A stretch of 64,000 nucleotides of DNA, from assembly GCA_028826165.1 (NCBI GenBank), contig JAPDFW010000073.1:248001-312000 (forward strand), written 5' to 3'. This stretch comes from Anaeramoeba ignava BMAN. Lineage: Eukaryota; Protista; Anaeramoebae. Made by a program: the position numbers and the translations under genes. Every line of letters begins with the position of its first letter. The first letter of the stretch is position 1. The notes beneath the pieces were generated by a model. That model made no database searches and was not told the origin of the DNA. It worked only from the letters and a program-made list of their open reading frames with translations. Positions 46,670 to 60,718 of the stretch are shown in pieces.

Positions 46670-47700
46670 AAAAATTAAAATTAAAATTATTTATCAAAAA
46701 TTTATCAAAAAAATTCAATTAAAAATTCTAAATTGAAAATATAAATTTATTTAATTCAAAAATTTAGAATTAAAATATAAACTAATATCAAATTAAAATA
46801 ATATCAAAAATAGATTTTTCTTTAATTAAAATTATTTATCAAAAATTTATCAATAAAATTCAATTAAAAACTCCATTTTGAAAATATAATTTTATTTAAT
46901 CCAAAAATTTAGAATTAAAATATAAATTAATATCAAATTAAAATAATATTAAAAATAGATTTTTCTTTAATTAGAAATTATTTATCAAAAATTTATCAAT
47001 AAAATTCAATTAAAAATTCTAAATTTAAAATATAATTTTATTTAATCCAAAAATTTAGAATTAAAATATAAATTAATATCAAATTAAAATAATATTAAAA
47101 ATAGATTTTTCTTTAATTAGAAATATTTATCAAAAATTTATCAAAAATATTCAATTAAAAACTCCATTTTGAAAATATAATTTTATTTAATCCAAAAATT
47201 TAGAATTAAAATATAAACTAATATCAAATTAAAATAATATCAAAAATAGATTTTTCTTTAATTAAAATTATTTATCAAAAATTTATCAAAAATATTCAAT
47301 TAAAAACTCTAAATTGAAAATATAAATTTATTTAACCCAAAAATTTAGAATTAAAATATAAATTAATATCAAATTAAAATAATATCAAAAATAGATTTTT
47401 CTTTAATTAAAATTATTTATCAAAAATTTATCAAAAATATTCAATTAAAAATTCTAAATTGAAAATATAATTTTATTTAATCCAAAAATTTAGAATTAAA
47501 ATATAAATTAATATCAAATTAAAATAAGATTAAAAATAGATTTTTCTTTAATTAGAAATATTTATCAAAAATTTATCAATAAAATTCAATTAAAAACTCT
47601 AAATTGAAAATATAAATTTATTTAATCTAAAAATTTAGAATTAAAATATAAACTAATATCAAATTAAAATAATATTGAAAATAGATTTTTCTTTAATTAG
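46670..47700. repeat. Tandem array B, 145-bp unit, ~7 copies
   Basis: The landmark TAGAAT occurs at 46765, 46910, 47056, 47201, 47346, 47491 and 47636. Confidence 0.92.
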
Positions 47701-48020
47701 AAAAATGGACAGAAAAAATTAAAAAAAAATTTAATTAAAAATGATGTCTCGAAACAGAAAATCATTAAATTTATTTGAATTCTCATTCTTTTTTTTTTCC
47801 CAATTAAAATTTTTTTTTTTATTAATTTTTTAATCCCTTTTGATCTTTTTTTAATTTTATTTTTTTAATTTTCAAAAAGATCATTTTTTTCTTTCATTTT
47901 TTTTTATCTTATTTTTATTTTTATTTTCTCTTTTTTTTTTATTAAATTATTTTTGAACACCCTTTTTTTTATCTATTTGAATTGTTTTTTTATATTTTTT
48001 AAATTTATTTTATAAACAAA

Positions 48021-49084
48021 ATGATCAAAAATGAAATTAAAATTAATGAACACATCAATTATTTTCAAAAAGAACAAAAAGAACAAAAACAACATAAACA
48101 AAGAAAAATAGTAATACTTGGATTTCGAGGAGTTGGTAAGTGATTTAAATTCCAAATCAGACAAATAAATCAAAATTAAATCAAAATCAATTAAATCAAA
48201 ATCAAAATCAAAATTAAATCAAAATCAAAATTAAATCAAAATTAAATCAAAATTAAAATCAAATTCAATTAAATCAAAATTAAATCAAAATTAAATCAAA
48301 ATTAAATTAAAATAGATCAAAATTAAAATTAAAATTAAATTAAATCAAAATTAAAATCAAATTAAAATAAAAAAAATCAAATAAATATTTAAAAATTTTA
48401 GGTAAAACTTCTATTACAACAAGATTCATTTCAGGTTTCTTTGAAAAAAAATATCAACCTACAATTGAGAACTCTTATAAAAAAACAATAGAATTTTTTG
48501 GAAATGAATATTTAGTTGAAATTGTTGATACACCAGGACAAGTAAGAATAAAATTCCCAAAAAAGAAAAAAAGGAAAAAAAGAAAAATTAAAAAATAAAA
48601 ACTAAAATTGTTTTTTTTCATTTCAAATCCAATATTGAATAGGATGAATCAACAATACTTCCATTTGCTTATAATATAGGAACTGATGCCTTTGTTTTTG
48701 TTTATACAATTTCTTCAAAAACTTCTTTTAAAATAATGAAATCATTAAAAGATAAAGTAACAGAAAATTATGGAAATATATTAAAAATTATAGTTGGAAA
48801 TCAATGTGATAGAAAAAATCAAAGAGAAGTAAGTTTTGAAGAAGGAATAGCTTTAGCAAGAGAATGGGAATGCCAATTTCTTGAGTGTTCAGCAAAAGAA
48901 GATTATAATACAAGTAAGAATTATAAATGAAAAAAAAAAAGAGAAAGAAAAATTTTATTTTTTTATTGATTATTTTTATTTTTTTTTTTTTTGATTAGTG
49001 AAAGTTTTCTTGTCAATTTTACAAGAAGTTGAAAAAAAAATGAATCCAATAATAAAAAAAAGAAAAGAATGCACAATTTTGTAA
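48021..49084 (+). CDS. Rheb-like small GTPase, 4 exons
   Basis: RKIVILGFRGVG|KTS (Arg at the Ras G12 position, typical of Rheb), YQPTIEN, DTPGQ|DE, NQCD, ECSAK and a C-terminal CTIL CaaX. Confidence 0.88.
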
Positions 49085-49290
49085 ATAAAAAATGAATAAG
49101 AAATAAATAAGAAATGTCCACTTTTTTTTTTGGAATATAAATTTTTTTCTGTTATATTTTTTGTTTTACTTTTTAATGAATAAAAAAAATAGAAATAAAA
49201 AATGTTTAATTTAATTTTTTAATTTAATTTTTTTATTTAATTTTTTATTTTTATTTAATTTTTTTTAATTTCATTTTTTTCTTTTTAAAA

Positions 49291-49899
49291 ATGAAACTTT
49301 TTTTTCTTCTTTTCTTACTTTTTCCGTTAACTTTTTGCCAAGACCCAGTCAACTTACATCTCTATGCAATGTCCAAATGTCCCGATTGCACGAGCTGGGA
49401 GACAGTTTTCTCACCTGTAGTGAGTAAAATTCCAACAATTTTCACACTCGACATTGATTTTTTCGGGTCATACGAATCAAGCGAAGACGGGATCACATTT
49501 ACCTGTCCACACGGAGAAACAGAGTGTATAGGAGACATGTACGAGCTTTGTGCGCGCAAGTATTTTGAAGACGATTTCGTATTTTTTGCTTTTATTATGT
49601 GTTTAGATGAAGATCGCGAAAATATCCCGAATAACGTCAGAGCTTGCGCAGAAAATACGACTGGAATGAGCTGGACGACACTTGCAAAGTGCTACAATTC
49701 TGAGGGTGAAACGCTTCTTAAGAATTCTATTGATAATACTAATAATGCTGGTGTTGATTGGGCTCCCACTATCTTTTTGCAAGGAAAAAAATACTGTGAA
49801 TGGCATCAATATTGTCCTGTTGATGATTGGCAAGGTTTTAGAGACGCAATTTGTAATGCTTATACTGGCACAAAGCCTTCCGGTTGCTATGGTTCTTGA
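49291..49899 (+). CDS. GILT-like thiol reductase, intronless, signal peptide
   Basis: MSKCPDC active site, CPHGETECIGD and WAPTIF. Confidence 0.92.
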   Translation: MKLFFLLFLLFPLTFCQDPVNLHLYAMSKCPDCTSWETVFSPVVSKIPTIFTLDIDFFGSYESSEDGITFTCPHGETECIGDMYELCARKYFEDDFVFFAFIMCLDEDRENIPNNVRACAENTTGMSWTTLAKCYNSEGETLLKNSIDNTNNAGVDWAPTIFLQGKKYCEWHQYCPVDDWQGFRDAICNAYTGTKPSGCYGS

Positions 49900-50039
49900 T
49901 CCAAAAAATTTCTTTTAATTTCTTTTCATTTCTTTTCAATTTTCTTTTCAATTTTCTTTTAATTTCTTTTCATTTCTTTTCAATTTGAATTTGAAACAGA
50001 ATAAAAATCCAATTGATTTTCATTTCAATTTTAATTTTT

Positions 50040-50570
50040 CATTTGGATTTTGATTTTTATTTCTTTATTTAATTTTAATTTTAATTTTAATTTTAATTTT
50101 AATTTTAATTTTAATTTTAAATTTGATTTTAAATTTAATTTTGATTTTAATTTTAATTTTAATTTTAATTTTTGGATTTTGATTTTCATTTTAATTTTAA
50201 TTTCAATTTTTGGATTTTGATTTTAATTTTGATTTTAATTTTAATTTTGATTTTGATTTTAAATTTTAATTTTAGATTTTAATTTTAATTTTAATTTTGA
50301 TTTTTTCATTTTTCATTTTTATTTTAGATTTTAATTTTAATTTTAATTTTAATTTGGATTTTGATTTTAATTTTGATTTTGATTTTAATTTTGATTTTAA
50401 ATTTTAATTTTAATTTTGATTTGAATTTTAATTTTGATTTTAATTTTGATTTTAATTTTGATTTTGATTTTAATTTCAATTTTGATTTTAATTTTATTTT
50501 TAAATTTTAATTTTGATTTTCATTTTTCATTTTTCATTTTTCATTTTTCATTTTTCATTTTTCATTTTTT
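50040..50570. repeat. (AATTTT/GATTTT)n repeat grading into (CATTTTT)n
   Basis: Directly visible. Confidence 0.85.
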
Positions 50571-50573
50571 TAA

Positions 50574-51252
50574 ATGGTTTTTCATCCAAATTTTCATCTC
50601 TTTGCTATTTGTGCTGATTTAACAATCCTTACAAAAGCATTCTTTTCAAATTACATTACAATACATTTTCTCAATTACTTCCCAAATTACTTATTAATAA
50701 TACATTTACTATATTTTATACTTTTACTTTTAACTGATATTAAAAAATTTAAATTAATCCATCAAAAAAAAAGCACTTATAATCAATTATCAAGTTTTCC
50801 ATTCACACTTTTAAATTACTTAATAATATCATATTCAATTCAAACAATCATATTTATTAAAATTTTCAACAAACATTCACGAAAAACCAAATTCAAAAGA
50901 ACCATTTTATTTTGATTTTGAAGTTTATCTTCAATTTATTCCTTTATTGATTTTAATTGTTGATTTTTTTGTTGAACCTTCTTTTAATTCTCCTTTACCT
51001 CCAAAATGGAAAGACTCTCTTTTCTATGTTTTGATTAATTTATCTTATTCGTTTTGGATTTATTTTGTTAAATCAACTCCTGGTTTACGAACTTATAAAG
51101 TTTTAAAACAAATGAAAGATGAAAATTTTGATTCATTTTTTGTATTTTGGATTATTTTTAATATTCTTTTATGGATTCCAGGAAGAATTATTTTAAGTTT
51201 AAGATTTAAATTTGCTTCAAAAAGATTTTTTTCATCAAAAAAAAAAAAATAA
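50574..51252 (+). CDS. Multi-pass membrane protein, possibly FAR-17a/AIG1-like; frameshift near 50830-50880
   Basis: Two hydrophobic ORFs in different frames. The second frame extends upstream as IHEKPNSKEPFYFDFEVYLQFIPLLILIVDFF and ends KKKK*. The family call rests on topology only. Confidence 0.55.
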
Positions 51253-51317
51253 ATTAAATTAATAATTAAAAAATTCTTTCAAAATTTTCTTTTTATTTTA
51301 AAGAAAAAAAAAAGAAA

Positions 51318-54300
51318 TTAATTTTGAGAGAAAAATTTAAGTATTTGATAAAGAGGTTTTGTATAATTTTGAGTTCCTTTTAATTCTTTCATTATTTTTG
51401 GAATTTGGTTTGTTTGATCTAAAGTATGAAGAAAGTTAGCCAAAACCTAAATAATTTAATAAATAAATATATTAATAATTTTATATTTAATTTTATAAAT
51501 AATTTAATAAATAATTTTATAAATAAATTTATAAATAATTTTATAAATAATTTTATAAATAATTTTATAAATAATTTTATATTTAATTTTATATTTAATT
51601 TTATAAATAATTTTATAAATAATTTTATTAATAAATATATTAATAATTTAATAAATAATTTTATTAATAATTTTATAAATAATTTTATAAATAATTTTAT
51701 AAATAATTTTATAATAATTTTATATCGAATTTTTTACAATAAATGATCTCCCAAAATCTTTTTTATCCAAACAATAAAGATTCAAACGATGAATTTGAAC
51801 AAAAAATCCTCCTTTTATAAAAAATTCAACAAAAGATTGTAAATTCTTCTTAACTCCTTTTGGATTTGAACCATCAACTGTAATGGGATCTTTTTGTTTA
51901 CTCGACAAATCAGCTTGAAGAATCATATTAAAAATTCTGGTAAGAAATTGAAGAACATGAATAGAAACAGTAGTATTTCTTGAAGAAATCATACCAACAA
52001 TATTTACTAAAACTTGTTGACTTGAACCAAAAAAAGATTTGAGAGATTTTGGATGTTGAACAATTGAATCTGAAAAAAGATGAAATAAATGATGAATAAG
52101 TTTTTCGTTTTTTGTTTCTGAAAAAAGTGTTTGGATTTCCTGATAAAAATTTGGATAATTATGAATCAACAGGAAAATTTGTTGATTTTTAATTAAGTGT
52201 CTTAAAGAAGAAATTAAATGTGATTTCATCTCATCAAGAAACGGGTTTTTTTGAGTAAGAATAAACAAAATTGTTCGAATATGTAAATTTGAAAAAATCC
52301 AATTTGCAGTATTTGATTTGGGTTGTTTTTTGGCTTCTGCCGCGATTGAATTCACTCTGATTAATGCTTTTGTGGATAATAAAAAAATCTTTGCAATTTC
52401 AATCAGATTTTCTGAATTCGAATTGATTTCTAATAGTTTTTTCATTAGTTCAAGTAATTGTCCAGGAATTCCAACAGAAATTGATTTAGCTTTCATTCTG
52501 GATGATGATCTTAATACATTTTGATAAAATTCCCTTATAAAAACTGGGAGTTTTGATCCCCGATGAATGTTTTCTGTTGAGTTTCTTGTTGAATAAATAT
52601 CGGGTGTTAAATCCACTATTAATTGATTTATTCGCTCAGAATATTTATTCATCACAAAATTATTCCATGTGGTTGATTTTTGCATTCTTCTCCATAAAAT
52701 TATGTATGCAAAATATACATGTCTAAATCGAAATATTGTTTTTTCTTCATCTTGTGTTTCTTTTATTGATTCGTTTGGGATTTTCTTTGTTGTTTTGTTA
52801 TAAGTGTTTGTTTTTGATAAATATTCAGGATCTTGTTTGCCTTTTCTTTTGGTTTCTCTGAGTTTTTGGAAGAGATTTACAGTATCTGATTGAAGGATAT
52901 CCTAATAAATTTTTAATTTTTAATAAATTGATTTTTAATTTTTAATTTAATTGAATTGAATTGATTTTAATTGAATTTAATTGAATTGAATTGAATTTAA
53001 TTTGATTTGATTTTGAATTAAATTGAATTTGATTTGAATTGAATTGATTTGATTTATATTGAATTGAATTTAATTGAATTAAATTGAATTGAATTGATTT
53101 AAATTGAATTGATTTGAATTGATTTAAATTGAATTGAATTAAATTGAATTGAATTGAATTGATTTGATTTGAATTTAATTTAATTGAATTGAATTTGATT
53201 TGAATTTGATTTGAATTGAATTGATTTGATTTGAATTGATTTGAATTTGAATTGAATATTGAATTTAATTGAATTGAATATCGATTTGATTTGATTTAAT
53301 ATTGATTTACATTAGTTATCTGTGTCTTCAATTTTAACATTTGTGTGAAAATAAATAAATAATAAGTGGAAAGACGGAAAGAACGAGAAGTAAAACATTG
53401 AAAAATATAATCAAAATAACCTTTATCTTGAGTAATTTGTTTTTCAATTTTCAAATTTAAGAAATGAATTTTTTTTTGAATAATTTCATAATTAGCTTCA
53501 AATAAAGGACGATCTTTTTCAGGAATTGAATGATCCATAATATCCAAATAATATAAAGCAAATAAAGATTTTTCTAATGAAATATATGCTGGATTTATAT
53601 GCTAATTTTTTTAATTTAAATTTGAATATTTAATTTAAATTTGAATATTTGATTTAAATTTTTACAATAACATGAAATTCTTTAAAAGTATGTGGACATG
53701 GAAAAATAAAATTTGAATTATTGCTTGAACAATTAAATGCATAAGCTAAGTAATAAAGATGATATAAATCGATATCATCATCATTATCATCATTATCCAA
53801 ATTACCTTGAAATTTTCCAAGATATTTTTTGAAAAATTCAACTGAACGAGGAAAACGAAGAAATAGCATAATAAATGATCCCAACTTAAAATATTAAATT
53901 GAATTGAATTTTGAATTAAATTGAATTAAATTAAATTAAATTGAATTAAATTGATTTGATTTAAATTGATTTGAATTGAATTGAATTGAATTAAATTTTG
54001 AATTAAATTGAATTAAATTAAATTGAATTGAATTGAATTAAATTGATTTGAATTAAATTAAATTTTGAATTAATTTGAATTTTGAATTGAAATAAATTGA
54101 TTTGATTTGAATTAAATTGAATTGTTTTACTTTTGCATGAAATAAAAAATTTCTTGAAACATTAAATAATTCTAAAACTTCATTAAATTGATTAAAAGTA
54201 ATAATTGATTCAATCACTCGAATTCTCATTTCATTATTAAATCCAATTTTTGTTAATAAAAAATGAAGAAAACTATCAAGATACATATCAGCAGTTAAAG

Positions 54301-57300
54301 CTTTGAGAAGATCATTTATTTTAAAAGTTCCTCCTAAAGCAAACAATAATTGAATTGAAGTCATATCCTAAATTATATCCAAAAAAATTAAAAATAAAAA
54401 AAACAAAAAGGAAATTTTTAAATTATTTAAAAATGGAAAAAAATTTTCACATTTTTTTGAAAACGTGGATGATTTGATTCAAGAAGTTGTGAAAATTCAT
54501 ATTCTTTGTCAATATCAATTATTTGTTGTATTAAATGTGGAATTTCAGAAACTTGAAAATCTTTTAGATTAAAAGAATGATAAGGTTCATATTGAGGAAC
54601 TTGAAATGAAACAGTTTTTCCCTTTTAATTTTTCAATTTTAATTTTAATTTTAATTTTAATTTTAATTTTAATTTTAATTTTAATTTTAATTTTATAAAT
54701 GAATTTTAATTTTAATTTTTAATTTTGATTTTTATTCTAATTATATTCAGATACATCAATATTTGAAGGACAATCAATTGATTTTTGGATTAAAAAAACA
54801 GAAATATCACTTCTTCTAAGGGAATCATTAAAAAAAGAATCATCTTGTTTATTTTCTTTAAAAGAATTTGAAAAAGTTGTAGATTGAGGAAAATAACCAT
54901 GCAAAATACCCATTAATGGAGCATTTTTTTGGTGATATTTCTGAGTATTTTTCTCATAAATATTAATCACACCGGAAATAAATGCTTGGATTGATTTACA
55001 AGTTTCTTCTGGAAGAGAATGCCATTTACTTGAATTGCGGATTTTACTAAAATTTTCCATTTCTTCTCTATCAATATTTGAATCCATATGAAGAAGAATT
55101 GGCATTTCTAATTGGGATATTTTTTCACTATTATTTTCTTGATTTTTAATTATTTCTTCTTGAATAATTATTTCTTTTTTTTCTGTGTTTTGTAATTTGG
55201 GAATTGTTAAATTTAATGGTGTTTGTGGAAGTTTAATTGGTGAATCTAAAGAAAGAAAACTTCCAATTCGAGAAATCCATTTAAAATTATGAATATCAGG
55301 AATAATTTGAAGATTTTTGCGTTGTGATAATTGTTCCTAAAATTAAAATTCATTTATAAAATTAAAATTCATTTATAAAATTAAAATTCATTTATAAAAT
55401 TAAAATTCATTTATAAAATTATTTATAAAATTCATTTATAAAATTAAAATTAAAATTAAAATTCATTTATAAAATTAAAATTCAAATTAAAATTAAATTT
55501 GATATTAAAATTAAATTTTACTCGTAATAATCTTCCTGTTTCAATTTCCTTTCTTTCTTGTTCTTTTTTCTGTCTTTCTGCTTTTGTTGTTAATCCATGT
55601 ATTGATGCTAATTGTCTTGCATGTGGTGGAATTATTTTAAGAGATTTTGCAGTAATTTTTGACCATCTTTGAAAAGCAAATTGAAATTCTGAAATTTATA
55701 ATTGATAATTTATAATTGATAATTTATAATTTAAATGTAAATTGGTTCGAAATCAGAAAAAAAATATTATTTGACTTTTTTTTTGTGCAAAAAAACCTTC
55801 AAAAGTTTTATAATTCATTGGATCTGGTTCAGGAAGAATAAGTTGATGATCCCAAATTATAATTTGAGTTTTTTTTTCTTTAAAATTTATTGAAGAATGA
55901 AGTGAAATATTCTAAAAAATTATTATTAAAATTATTATTAAAGTTATTATTAAAATTATTATTAAAATTATTAATAAAATTATTATTTGATTTATTATTA
56001 AAATTATTATTAAAATTATTATTAAAATTATTATTAAAATTATTATTAAATTTATTATTTAATTTATTATTAAATTTTATTGTTAAATTTATTATTAAAT
56101 TTATTATTAAAATTATTATTTAATTTATTATTAAAATTATTATTAAATTTATTATTAAATTTATTAATAAAATTATTATTAAAATTATTATTAAATTGAT
56201 TATTAAAATTATTATTAAAATTATTATTAAAATTAATATTAAAATTAATATTAAATTTATAAATAAAATTATTATTAAAATTATTATTAAAATTATTATT
56301 AAAATTATTATTAAAATTAATATTAAATTGATTATTTAATTTATTATTAATTTATTATTATTAAATTATTAAAATTATTATTAAAATTATTATTAAATTT
56401 ATTATTAAATTTATTATTAAATTTATTATTAAATTTATTATTAAATTTATTATTAAATTTATTATTAAATTTATTATTAAATTTATTATTAAATTTATTA
56501 TTAAATTATTATTAAAATTATTATTAAAATTATTATTAAATTTGTTAATTAAAATTATTATTAAAAATTATTATTAAAAATTATTATTAAAATTATTATT
56601 AAATTGATTATTAAATTTATTATTAATATTATTATTAAATTTATTATTTAATTTATTATTAAAATTATTATTAAATTTATTATTTAATTTATTATTAAAA
56701 TTATTATTAAATTTATTATTAAAATTATTATTAAAATTATTATTAAATTTATAAATAAAATTATTATTAAAATTATTATTAAAATTATTATTAAAATTAT
56801 TATTAAAAATATTATTAAAAATTATTATTAAAATTATTATTAAATTTATTATTAAAATTATTATTAAATTTATTATTAAAATTATTATTAAAATTATTAT
56901 TAAAATTATTATTAAATTTATTATTAAAATTATTATTAAAATTTATTATTTAATTTATTATTTAAATTTATTATTAAATTTATTATTAAATTTATTATTA
57001 AATTTATTATTAAAATTATTATTTAATTTATTATTAAATTTATTATTAAAATTATTATTAAAATTATTATTAAATTTATTATTTAAATTTATTATTAAAA
57101 TTATTATTAAAATTATTATTAAATTTATTATTTAAATTTATTATTAAAATTATTATTAAATTTATTATTAAAATTATTATTAAAATTATTATTAAAATTA
57201 TTATTAAATTTATTTATAAATTTATTATTAAAATTATTATTAAAATTATTATTAAATTTATTATTAAAATTATTATTAAAATTATTTATAAATTTATTAT

Positions 57301-58684
57301 TAAATTGATTATTAAAATTATTATTAAATTTATTATTAAATTTATAAATAAAATTATTATTAAAATTATTATTAAAATTATTTATAAATTTATTATTAAA
57401 TTGCTTGAAATCAATCTATAAAAAAATCTTATATACAGGATGTAATAAACTTGACTTTTTCATTTTAATAGAATTTTCATCAACAATTTCATCAGAATTT
57501 TCATCAAATTTTTCATCAACTTTATCCAATTTATTAACAGGATGAAGTTGAATATTAAATTTCTAAAGAAAAAAGAAAGGAATAAATTTAGAATCAAAAA
57601 AAGGAACAAATTTAGAATAAAAACAATCACTTCTTTTAAATCAATTCTAGGTCTATCATAAGCTCTTCCAATAATATTTGGTAAATGAGTATAACCAAGA
57701 TAAGAATCAACTTGAGATCTCCAATCAACAACTGCTTGTTCAAAATCGGAAAAATCCGAAAAATCATCTGGTTTAGGAAATTTTGGAAATGCATTGTTTA
57801 ATTTGGGTAAGTTTTCTTCAACAAGTTGTGGAAATTTTAACTTGTTGAAATTTAATTTTGATGATCGAAAATATTTTCCTTCAATTTTTTGAAAATAAAC
57901 ATCATAAGTATTTCCATTTGAATCAAAATAAAATGGTATGCCTGCTTTTGGTGTTTTAGTTGATGAAACTTTTTTTTCAGAAATTATTGGCCCTTCATAT
58001 TCTTTTCGATCTAAAACATTTTATTTTTAATTTTGATTTTAATTTTTAATTTTATTTTGATTTTGATTTTAATTTTTAATTTTAATTTTAATTTCAATTT
58101 TAATTTTAATTTTAATTTTAATTTTAATTTTAATTTTAATTTTAATTTTAATTTTAATTTTAATTTTGATTTTAATTTTGATTTCAATTTTGATTTTGAT
58201 TTTGATTTTAATTTTAATTTTGATTTTGATTTTAATTTTGATTTTGATTTAATTTTAATTTTAATTTTATAAATGAATTTTAATTTCAATTTTAATTTTA
58301 ATTTTAATTTTAAATTTTAATTTTAATTTTAATTTTAATTTTAATTTTGATTTTAATTTTAATTTTAATTTTAATTTTGATTTTAATTTTAATTTTAATT
58401 TTAATTTTAATTTTAATTTTAATTTTAATTTTAATTTTGATTTTAATTTTAATTTCAAATTCATTTAAAAATTTGATTTAGATTTTGATTTGAAAATTTG
58501 ATTTTAAAAATTTACTTGAAGTTGAGAAAATATTGCGAATTAATTTTTTATCACTTGTTTTAATTGATGTTGTTTTCGTTAAAAAATCAAATGAACTTTC
58601 TGGTCTTTTTAACATTTTTTTTTCTTGAACTTTTTTTATTCTTTGGTCTTTTGAAACTTTTCTTGATAAATTTGTTTTACTCAT
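51318..58684 (-). CDS. Large multi-exon (about 12 exons) helical-repeat protein resembling the Sca1/ScaA scaffold family
   Basis: GT-AG introns chain open exons from MSKTNLSRK to FFSQN*. Repeated motif PKPDDFSDFSDFEQAVVDW / PEPDPMNYKTFEEFQFAFQRW; ARM-like C-terminus. The family name is from recall and unverified. Confidence 0.65.
55915..57400. repeat. 12-bp (AAAATTATTATT)n repeat filling an intron
   Basis: Directly visible. Confidence 0.9.
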
Positions 58685-58827
58685 TAAAAAAAAAAGCAAA
58701 ATTAAACAAAAATTAAACAAAAATTAAAAAGAAAATTAAAAGAAAAAAATGAAAAAAAAATTTTTATGATTTATTTTTTCCACTTTTTTTTTTCTTTTTT
58801 AAAAAATAAAAAAAATAAAAATTTAAA

Positions 58828-59082
58828 TTAATTTTTATCCAATCCAAGAAGTTGATAAATTTTTAAAATCCAAATTCTTCTCTCTAGTTCAATTTTTTGG
58901 CGAATTTTTTCTGAATAATTTTCTTGAAATTGTACTTTATTTTCAAAAGTAATTGGTTCAATAGATTCATCATCTGTTTCAGAATCAGCTGAATTTTCTT
59001 GTGAAATAGAATTTGATTCATAATCTGATTCAGAATCTTGTTCTGAATCAGAACTATATTGTTTATTTTTTTTGTTACTCAT
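58828..59082 (-). CDS. Small acidic Ser-rich protein of unknown function (84 aa)
   Basis: MSNKKNKQYSSDSEQDSESD...; AAAATG start context with TCATTTT upstream. Confidence 0.6.
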   Translation of the reverse strand: MSNKKNKQYSSDSEQDSESDYESNSISQENSADSETDDESIEPITFENKVQFQENYSEKIRQKIELERRIWILKIYQLLGLDKN

Positions 59083-59134
59083 TTTAAAGAAAAGAAAAAA
59101 ATGAAAAAAAAAAAAGGAAAAAAATTTATTCAAA

Positions 59135-60610
59135 AATTGAAATAAAAATTGGAATAAATTGAAATAAAAATTTATTTAGAAATTGAAATAAAAATTGAAA
59201 TAAAAATTGAAATAAAAATAAATAAAAAATGGAATAAAAATTGGAATAAAAATTGGAATATAAATTGAAATAAAAATTGAAATAAAAATTGAAATAAATT
59301 GGAAATAAAAATTGAAATAAAAATTGAAATAAAAATTGAAATAAAAATTGAAATAAAAATTTAAATAAAAATTGAAATAAAAATTGAAATAAAAATTGAA
59401 ATAAAAATTTAAATATAAATTGAAATAAAAATTGAAATAAAAATTGAAATAAAAATTGAAATAAAAATTGAAATAAAAATTGAAATAAAAATTGGAATAA
59501 AAAATGGAATAAAAATTGAAATAAAAATTGAAATAAAAATTGAAATAAAAATTGAAATAAAAATTGGAATAAAAATTGAAATAAAAATTGAAATAAAAAT
59601 TTAAATAAAAATTTAAATAAAAATTTAAATAAAAATTGAAATAAAAATTGAAATAAAAATTGAAATAAAAATTTAAATAAAAAATGGAATAAAAATTGAA
59701 ATAAAAATTGAAATAAAAATTGAAATAAAAATTGGAATAAAAATTTAAATAAAAATTTAAATAAAAATTGAAATAAAAATTGGAATAAAAATTTAAATAA
59801 AAATTGGAATAAAAATTGAAATAAAAATTGGAATAAAAATTGAAATAAAAATTTATTTAAAAATTTATTTAGAAATTATTTAGAAATTTAAATAAAAATT
59901 TAAATAAAAATTTATTTAGAAATTGAAATAAAAATTGAAATATAAATTGAAATAAAAATTGAAATAAAAATTGAAATAAAAATTGAAATAAAAATTGGAA
60001 TAAAAATTGGAATAAAAATTGAAATAAAAATTTAAATATAAATTGAAATAAAAATTGAAATAAAAATTGAAATAAAAATTGAAATAAAAATTGAAATAAA
60101 AATTGGAATAAAAATTGGAATAAAAATTTAAATAAAAATTTAAATAAAAATTGAAATAAAAATTGAAATAAAAATTGAAATAAAAATTGAAATAAAAATT
60201 GAAATAAAAATGGAATAAAAATTTAAATAAAAATTGAAATAAAAATTGAAATAAAAATTGGAATAAAAATTGAAATAAAAATTGGAATAAAAATTGAAAT
60301 AAAAATTTAAAAAAAAATTTAAATAAAAATTGAAATAAAAATTGAAATAAAAATTTAAATAAAAATTGAAATAAAAATTGGAATAAAAATTGGAATAAAA
60401 ATTGAAATAAAAATTTAAATAAAAATTGGAATAAAAATTGAAATAAAAATTGAAATAAAAATTGGAATAAAAATTGAAATAAAATTTGAATAAAAATTGG
60501 AATAAAAATTGAAATAAAAATTGAATAAAAATTGGAATAAAAATTTAAATAAAAATTGAAATAAAAAATTGAAATAAAAATTGGAATAAAAATTTAAATA
60601 AAATTCATTT
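59135..60610. repeat. 12-bp (AAAAATTGAAAT)n intergenic minisatellite
   Basis: Directly visible; lies between divergent genes. Confidence 0.92.
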
Positions 60611-60718
60611 AGAAATTTATTTCGAAATTGATTAGGAATTGAATTGAAAAAAAAAATAATTTTTTCATTTTTCATTTTTTCATTTTTTCATTTTTTTAGA
60701 TTTTTTTTTAGATTTTAA

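Noticed and set aside
27524-58684. Functional cluster of Ras, Rheb, ELMOD and ScaA-like signalling genes
   Set aside because: These are large, common families interspersed with unrelated genes; there is no evidence of co-regulation.
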